Made by a program: the position numbers and the translations under genes. A stretch of DNA of 64,000 nt from a virus (lineage: Duplodnaviria; Heunggongvirae; Uroviricota; Caudoviricetes), in IMG/VR virus record IMGVR_UViG_3300026382_000001; one strand, given 5' to 3'. Below are positions 58,018 to 64,000 of the stretch, in pieces; position 1 is the first letter of the stretch; each line of letters opens with the position of its first letter. The notes under the pieces are model-generated. The model did not search any database, was not told the DNA's origin, and worked only from the letters and a program-made list of their open reading frames with translations.

Positions 58018-58797
58018 TTATCTACGTACTTGGTTATATACCAAAGTATCGCCAGATGTTGTTGTTGGACTAGCAACGGTTCTTTTAATATTTTCAATAC
58101 CACCAGAAACATGACCAACTAAGGTACCCATTGGACCAGAAGTTAAAGGATTTAAATAAGATTGAACTGGATGGTCTGCTCTGATCTGAGCTAAATCGTC
58201 TGTATAATTATTATACGAAGCTCTTACAACATCTTTTTCAGCATTCCAAGGATTATTAGTAACATCTGCCGCTACAGTAACTTTATTACTTATATCTGGA
58301 GAATCAGTATCCTTCAATATTTTATATGCGCCTTTTTCAATGGAACCCATTCCTTTTATAATACCATGAGATAATGGTCCACCTACAAAAGGATTTAATA
58401 AATAATGACCCGTATTTTTATCAAAATTTTGAGACATTACATTATCCATATTATTATAGATTTGTCCTCTTGCTCTCATTGATTTATCCCAAGCACCATC
58501 CTCCTCAAGAGTTTTATCAGTACTTTCTTTAAGAATCTGTTGAGGTTGAGGTTGAGGTTGACCAGCATTTGGAATAGTACTTTGGCTTAATTCATATGGG
58601 TTTTGTCTACGACCATAATAAGCTAAAGCTCCATAAGGTGTTGCTAACATCGGTCCACCCAGAATAGCTGCGCCAATTACCGAACCAGCAGTATTCATAC
58701 CACTATTATGATTACTTAAACCCACCTCGTTAGCGTTTGGAGCCATTACTACTTGAGCTTCTTCTAAAATAGCTTTTTTATTTATTTCTAATACCAT
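58018..58797 (-). CDS. putative internal head/ejection protein
   Basis: MVLEINKKAILEE N-terminus; glycine-zipper helix; internal duplicated LLNPFxGGP/YLNPLTSGP module. Confidence 0.55.
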   Translation of the reverse strand: MVLEINKKAILEEAQVVMAPNANEVGLSNHNSGMNTAGSVIGAAILGGPMLATPYGALAYYGRRQNPYELSQSTIPNAGQPQPQPQQILKESTDKTLEEDGAWDKSMRARGQIYNNMDNVMSQNFDKNTGHYLLNPFVGGPLSHGIIKGMGSIEKGAYKILKDTDSPDISNKVTVAADVTNNPWNAEKDVVRASYNNYTDDLAQIRADHPVQSYLNPLTSGPMGTLVGHVSGGIENIKRTVASPTTTSGDTLVYNQVRR

Positions 58798-58813
58798 TTG
58801 AATTCCTTAATTT

Positions 58814-59617
58814 TTATTTGCGTTGAGATGCTTTATACAGAGCCGCTCCACCAAGTCCTAAACCAGCTACACCAAGACCAGTATTAATATTCGCTCGCAT
58901 TGTATTACTTGCGCCAACTTTAGCATTATTTTGAATACCAGTTCGATTTTGAGAAATTTCTTCCTCATTCATAGCACCAGTTGCTTCATTATCATCTACT
59001 CTACTATTTGTATTGGCAATATTTGTAAGATTTTTAGCAATTGCTTTATGATTATCAGTACCAGTTTGAGAATTTACTTTAATATCTTCTTGGTTAGTAT
59101 GTATGTCGTTATCTTGGTGCATATTATGCTGAGAGTTCGCAAACGATCTCATTTTATTTGTAGTTATATTATGTTCATTTTGAGCTACACCAGAAGCATT
59201 TTGAGCTACACCAGAAGCATTTTGAGCTACACCAGAAGCATTTTGAGCTATATCATTATTAACCGATTCGGGTACTAAACCTTCTTTAACTCCCTCGACA
59301 CTATTATGATAAGCAGCCGAAGTACGTTCAGCTCCTTGCATAAAAGCTGGTTTAATTGTATGGTAAGCATTTTGTCCAACTGATTGCATATTATTATAAA
59401 CCTTTTTTCCTTGCGCTACAATATCATCATGCAATTGGCTATTTGGACCACCAGCCGTATATTGATCAATAGCATCTACTTTTGGCGTTACTGTATTATT
59501 CCACCAATTAGATACTCCTTCACCAATCTTTGAAAATTGTTCTCCAACTCCTGGAATTTCTTCCCCAAGAGCATTTATATCTTCTAAAAGTAACTTTTTA
59601 TTTATTTCTAATATCAT
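58814..59617 (-). CDS. putative internal head/ejection protein
   Basis: MILEINKKLLLED N-terminus; AQNASGV repeats; C-terminal GLGVAGLGLGGAALY helix. Confidence 0.55.
   Translation of the reverse strand: MILEINKKLLLEDINALGEEIPGVGEQFSKIGEGVSNWWNNTVTPKVDAIDQYTAGGPNSQLHDDIVAQGKKVYNNMQSVGQNAYHTIKPAFMQGAERTSAAYHNSVEGVKEGLVPESVNNDIAQNASGVAQNASGVAQNASGVAQNEHNITTNKMRSFANSQHNMHQDNDIHTNQEDIKVNSQTGTDNHKAIAKNLTNIANTNSRVDDNEATGAMNEEEISQNRTGIQNNAKVGASNTMRANINTGLGVAGLGLGGAALYKASQRK
59176..59250. repeat. 21-bp in-frame tandem repeat, about 3.6 copies
   Basis: cattttgagctacaccagaag x3 plus a partial copy. Confidence 0.9.
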
Positions 59618-59671
59618 TGTATTTCCTATTTTATTTGTATTATTGTTTTGTTCTATCCAATTTTCAGTAAT

Positions 59672-59697
59672 ATATTTATTAGCATGCTAATAAATAT
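59672..59697. repeat. perfect 26-bp palindrome
   Basis: atatttattagcatgctaataaatat. Confidence 0.85.
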
Positions 59698-59920
59698 CTT
59701 TTAAAAATCCGAACTATTTGAGTGAACCAATGGAGTATCGTTTTTAACATATTCATGCTTACTAGAGAAAGCTTTTTTTATTTTAGAGTCAATATACCAA
59801 ACCATTTAGATAATGTATGTATTGCTTCATCGCCATGATTGGGTCGAAAATATTTTCCAATATTTATATTTGGTTTTATTTATAGTTTAGTTAGTTTATT
59901 ATTAATTTGTATAAATAAAA

Positions 59921-59951
59921 GACAGGAGATTCTTGGTATTAGCCAAGAATT
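59921..59951 (-). terminator. intrinsic terminator with TCTCCTGTC tail
   Basis: 10-bp stem directly after the porin gene. Confidence 0.75.
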
Positions 59952-61141
59952 TAAAATAAATAATCTAATCTAAAATATATTCTTTTATCGTATTGATCTG
60001 TTTTTACTACAGCGTTACCACCTTTTAATTTTTGATAATTAATATCAGAGTACTTAAAATTAATACCAATATTTAATTTTGGCGTTAAACTAACGCCTGT
60101 ATAAAATTTATAAATATTCCCAAGATCTCCCCAAGAATAACTATCTTTATTATACTCATCTGTTACAGCCGATACCCAATATTTACTACTATGAAAATAT
60201 TCAATTCCATAATAAATATCTTTTTTAATAATTGGTAAATAATTTATTTTTTTAGCTCCTAAAAAAATACTATAACCATATCTAGAACCTTCGTTTGTGA
60301 ACGAAGCTCCTGGACTAGTTGGATCGGTAAATCCTGGTGGGAGAATTAATGGTTGTTCATTTGGTGTTAATTTAGTTCCATCGAAATCTGTTTTTGAACC
60401 GGCTATAATACCATATAAAGAATAATCAGGAGTATCATAGGATATTCCAATCCCAAACATATATAAATAACCTAAACTAACATCTTCGTCCCCAGATATA
60501 TTTTCATAAACTATGTCAGAAATACTCGTATTAAATTTAAATTTTAAATCATTGTTTAAATAATTTTTACTAGCAAATAAAAAGGCAATGTTTGATCCTG
60601 GTACAGTATGTTCATATCGATTTGTTGGTGATAATTCGTATTTTGTTCGTTCCGCATACCCCAGTTGTATTTTTCCATTATCAAAATGATGAGTATAAAA
60701 TACTCCAGGTAATGTTAAATAATACATAGTATATAAAGCATCCGATTGTTCTAGTCCTATTTTAGAATATTCCGACATACTTCCATACTTAAAAGATAAT
60801 AACCCAATAGTTAATATATCATCGTTGGTTATAAATGTATTTAAAGCCAATTCTGAAAATTCTAATTGAGTCCCTTCCTGAATTATATGATTATACGTTC
60901 TAGAATAACTTTCAGAATACTTAGAGAAATATATAGTACTAGTAATACTAAAATTATCAAATATAAAATCATTAAATGTCGTTATATCTATTAAATGACG
61001 AGAGCCAATATATTCACCGTTATTTTCCGAACTTGTGATAGTTCCATATACCACTTCTAAATAATTAGTATTCTTATATTCGAATGCCATAGCTAACTGA
61101 ACAACTATGCTTAATACCAAAATAATTTTAATTATCTTCAT
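59951..61141 (-). CDS. outer-membrane beta-barrel (porin-like) protein
   Basis: Signal peptide ending AMA; alternating aromatic strands; C-terminal beta-signal FRLDYLF. Confidence 0.75.
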   Translation of the reverse strand: MKIIKIILVLSIVVQLAMAFEYKNTNYLEVVYGTITSSENNGEYIGSRHLIDITTFNDFIFDNFSITSTIYFSKYSESYSRTYNHIIQEGTQLEFSELALNTFITNDDILTIGLLSFKYGSMSEYSKIGLEQSDALYTMYYLTLPGVFYTHHFDNGKIQLGYAERTKYELSPTNRYEHTVPGSNIAFLFASKNYLNNDLKFKFNTSISDIVYENISGDEDVSLGYLYMFGIGISYDTPDYSLYGIIAGSKTDFDGTKLTPNEQPLILPPGFTDPTSPGASFTNEGSRYGYSIFLGAKKINYLPIIKKDIYYGIEYFHSSKYWVSAVTDEYNKDSYSWGDLGNIYKFYTGVSLTPKLNIGINFKYSDINYQKLKGGNAVVKTDQYDKRIYFRLDYLF

Positions 61142-61505
61142 AATTATTCTCCTTTCTATTCTGTATTATAGAGCTTTTATTTTTTTTATCTCCAATACTT
61201 CTTTGGTATTTTTCTATTTTAAAACCATTATTAATTAGACAATCCGATAACTTTTTTTCATTTTTCGTACTTAAGTAGTGTATATGTAAATAATTTGTTA
61301 GAGCTCCTTCTTTATAAATACGATACCATCCTTTAGGGGAACGAACTTCTGGATCTATATCATATTCTTTAAAAAGTACAGTACAAGTACCATTTGAATA
61401 ATCTTTATTAATATTTTTAATCCTTTCTCGAGCGATTAAATTAGAATTTAATAATAAAAATATATAAAAAAATAATGTTGGTTTGCCCAAAAATAGTTTT
61501 TTCAT
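61128..61505 (-). CDS. small secreted/periplasmic protein
   Basis: Signal-like MKKLFLGKPTLFFYIFLLLNSNLIA; overlaps the porin start. Confidence 0.55.
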   Translation of the reverse strand: MKKLFLGKPTLFFYIFLLLNSNLIARERIKNINKDYSNGTCTVLFKEYDIDPEVRSPKGWYRIYKEGALTNYLHIHYLSTKNEKKLSDCLINNGFKIEKYQRSIGDKKNKSSIIQNRKENNYEDN

Positions 61506-61519
61506 ATTTCAACCTTATG

Positions 61520-62995
61520 TTAATAATTTTCTTTTTTTGCTTTAATTCCTGGAATCGTAATTTCAAAAACAGTTCCTTTTTCGGAGGTTTCCCTTAATTT
61601 TAAATTTCCATGATTATCCCGTAATAATTCCTTATTTAAATATAATCCTACTCCTCTTGCGTTATCTTCTTTAACTGGTTCTGGTGCTATTTTTAAAAAT
61701 CGATTTGTTTTAGTAAATTTCGTTTTTAAAATATGTACTAAATCTAAAATATAACCTTTTGAATTATAAATTTTAGATTTTCCATTTTTATTTTTAGAAC
61801 TGTAATAATCTTTAAAAATATTTTGATATTTTGATGGAGATAGTAATAATCCAGTATCTGGATCTCTAAGACCAGTCCCATTATCAATTATAAATATATG
61901 TATTAATTTTATTTTTTCATTTTTAGTATCAGATACTTTTAGCTGTAGATGTATTTTTGTGGCACTGGCTTCTATACTATTTCTTAAATGATTAGAAATT
62001 ATATTTAATAAATCAGCATTTTTTAAATATCCATCTCCATGTTTAAGACTCCATTCCTCAAATGCTGGATCAATTATAATTTCAAAATAAGAAGCTTTAT
62101 AAATACTCATAGAATTAGCCGAATAATTTAAAATATCAAATAATGTTTTATTACCATTACTGTATTTGAGATTTTTAAAATTACTCATTCTTTCTAGTAC
62201 TGTACCAATTTGATCAATACTCGAATAAATCATGTCAAAATCTATTCCTTTAAATTGTTCGGTTAATGCACATGTTTTAAAACAATTTTTCGAAATATCA
62301 TATTGTCTTTTTAAAGATTGTTCTATTTTTAAAACAGATCCTTGAATAATAGCTACTGGAGTATTTAATTCATGATGTATATTTTCAGTAAGTATTTGCA
62401 TATTCTTTTCTCTAAGAATACTGCTAGTATTTATAACATCTAAAGCTTTTCGTCTTGATAATTTAAATTCATATATAAAAAATATAAAAGTAATAGGTAT
62501 TATAAATATAACATAAATATAAAAATACCCTTTTAGTAATTCGCTTAACGTATAATAACTATTACTTGATAAATACAAATTATATTTTGGTAAAGTTATT
62601 ATAATATTTTTATGTAGGTCTTCGTTAAAAGCTGTATTAACAGTATTTTCTATTATTGGAATTTTATTCAATTTCCAATAAATATTAATTATTTTACGAT
62701 TATTATTTTTTATTAATTTGCCATCTTTTAATACGTATGATTTATTTCTATTTATAAAACCAATTTGAGAACAGTTTGAAATAGTACAAATATGTTGTAA
62801 ATCTATTTCGTGATATTCTTCAATTGTTTTTACTACGGTGTTTTTTAAATTTTCTTTATACATGTGAACTATATTGTGAAAATTATTACCAAGTACTGCT
62901 CCCATTAATAAAGTATATATAGTTATTAAACCAAGATACTTAAAAAATATTGATCCAGAAGCATGATATAAACTTCCCATTTTAGAGGTTTCCAT
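61520..62995 (-). CDS. membrane sensor histidine kinase
   Basis: Two TM segments; H-box NIHHELNTP; N-box NHLRNSIEA; G1 IIDNGTG; G2 RGVGLYL. Confidence 0.9.
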   Translation of the reverse strand: METSKMGSLYHASGSIFFKYLGLITIYTLLMGAVLGNNFHNIVHMYKENLKNTVVKTIEEYHEIDLQHICTISNCSQIGFINRNKSYVLKDGKLIKNNNRKIINIYWKLNKIPIIENTVNTAFNEDLHKNIIITLPKYNLYLSSNSYYTLSELLKGYFYIYVIFIIPITFIFFIYEFKLSRRKALDVINTSSILREKNMQILTENIHHELNTPVAIIQGSVLKIEQSLKRQYDISKNCFKTCALTEQFKGIDFDMIYSSIDQIGTVLERMSNFKNLKYSNGNKTLFDILNYSANSMSIYKASYFEIIIDPAFEEWSLKHGDGYLKNADLLNIISNHLRNSIEASATKIHLQLKVSDTKNEKIKLIHIFIIDNGTGLRDPDTGLLLSPSKYQNIFKDYYSSKNKNGKSKIYNSKGYILDLVHILKTKFTKTNRFLKIAPEPVKEDNARGVGLYLNKELLRDNHGNLKLRETSEKGTVFEITIPGIKAKKENY

Positions 62996-63004
62996 ATTGT
63001 ATCC

Positions 63005-63724
63005 TTAATTTACTAAATCGTATTTGGTGTTTTCAAAGACTCCGTCTTGTTTACCAATAATAAATTTGTCAAAATAATTATGTAGTGTTAATTCTATTAA
63101 TTCTTTACGATTACTAGTTTTATTTATAACATGTTTATAAATTTTAATATCTCCATTATTACTACTTGAAGTTTCTTCGATTTCATCCATTTTTACTTTA
63201 AAGGTGGTTTCAAATTTATGAATAAATTTAAATATTTCCGGATTATGTTTATTAAGAGTATGTCCAGTTACAAATTTAATTAAACAATCTGGATTACGTT
63301 CTTTTAAAAGAATTGCAATATCTATACCATCTAATTCTTCACCATTAATAATACCACCTAAAGTAATATCTAAAAAAGCTATATCTATAATTAAATCTGG
63401 ATTACTCATTAATAAATTTCTTATACTAAAACCAGCAAATATTCCAGTACTTACTATTATATTAAAATATTCTTTTACATTACAGCATCTTGCCTGATAT
63501 AATTCATCCTTGATTAATTCAGCCATTCCATCGAAATCATCCATAATAAATATTGTTTTAAGATCTTTATTAAATATAGCTTCTTTGTTTATATTTATTT
63601 CTGGTATTTCTATTTTATAATTATTTGAACCAAGATCCATTGGTTTAAGATAATCGAGTTCTTCTTGTTCTTCTTCTTGTTCTTCTTCTATAAAATAACT
63701 TTTTATTTTTTCAAAAATATTCAT
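63005..63724 (-). CDS. receiver-domain response regulator without DNA-binding output (CheY-like)
   Basis: IFIMDD acidic pocket; AFLDI phosphoacceptor; DGIDIA; FVTG; no HTH output domain evident. Confidence 0.8.
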   Translation of the reverse strand: MNIFEKIKSYFIEEEQEEEQEELDYLKPMDLGSNNYKIEIPEININKEAIFNKDLKTIFIMDDFDGMAELIKDELYQARCCNVKEYFNIIVSTGIFAGFSIRNLLMSNPDLIIDIAFLDITLGGIINGEELDGIDIAILLKERNPDCLIKFVTGHTLNKHNPEIFKFIHKFETTFKVKMDEIEETSSSNNGDIKIYKHVINKTSNRKELIELTLHNYFDKFIIGKQDGVFENTKYDLVN

Positions 63725-63736
63725 TTGTTTTCCTAT

Positions 63737-63982
63737 TTATTTTTTAAATTCTTCGATTGCTAACATTATATGATCTATAATAGCGGTATATGCGGTTGAG
63801 TCAATTTCGTATAGTAATAATAATACCGCTATAGTACTTCCAAGAAGTACTGGTATTTTAAATAAATTTGACCAAGTATGCCATTCTTTTTTAGGTTTTG
63901 GTTTATTAAATTTACCAGAGTTTTTTTCTATAGTTAATAAATAATTATATAATTCTGTATCAGCTTGAATACTCTTATCCAT
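63737..63982 (-). CDS. small single-TM membrane protein
   Basis: IPVLLGSTIAVLLLLY helix; same operon as the two-component genes. Confidence 0.6.
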   Translation of the reverse strand: MDKSIQADTELYNYLLTIEKNSGKFNKPKPKKEWHTWSNLFKIPVLLGSTIAVLLLLYEIDSTAYTAIIDHIMLAIEEFKK

Positions 63983-64000
63983 TAAAGTAAGTATTTGATT

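Noticed and set aside
3174-58931. Short plus-strand ORFs in the track (3174, 12079, 12644, 12931, 16937, 17342, 23107, 23445, 24979, 26515, 30125, 31772, 35597, 42313, 45489, 46475, 49207, 50454, 57146, 58931)
   Set aside because: Antisense to longer, motif-bearing genes; no convincing SD; compositions typical of antisense shadows
1-64000. Alternative genetic code (stop reassignment)
   Set aside because: Code 11 gives long, tightly packed ORFs with no systematic fragmentation and no suppressor tRNA

Overview
Very AT-rich (roughly one quarter G+C by eye) 64 kb segment of a contractile-tailed jumbo phage, with all but one likely gene on the minus strand. It carries a virion morphogenesis region: major capsid protein, probable internal head proteins, sheath, tube, neck, baseplate (gp25-, gp26- and gp51-like), central spike, PAAR tip, several fibre or receptor-binding proteins, a collagen-like fibre and an FG-GAP propeller. 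It also has six tRNAs, two putative homing endonucleases and a few accessory genes. The host is probably a Campylobacterota bacterium, inferred from a FliM-like N-terminus. Most unusual features: (1) a possible motility/chemotaxis-hijack set, made of a FliM N-terminal CheY-binding peptide mimic and a CheW-like gene inside the late baseplate operon, plus a separate operon with a CheY-like receiver, a membrane histidine kinase, a secreted protein and an outer-membrane beta-barrel; (2) a dispersed family of palindromic ATAGTTAACTAT-type repeat clusters at transcription-unit junctions; (3) terminator hairpins followed by a conserved TTTCCTGTC tail; (4) a tRNA-like RNA with an elongated anticodon arm, and other structured non-coding segments around the tRNA cluster; (5) strong over-representation of the palindrome AGTACT. 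All family assignments are by motif recognition only; no database searches were run.
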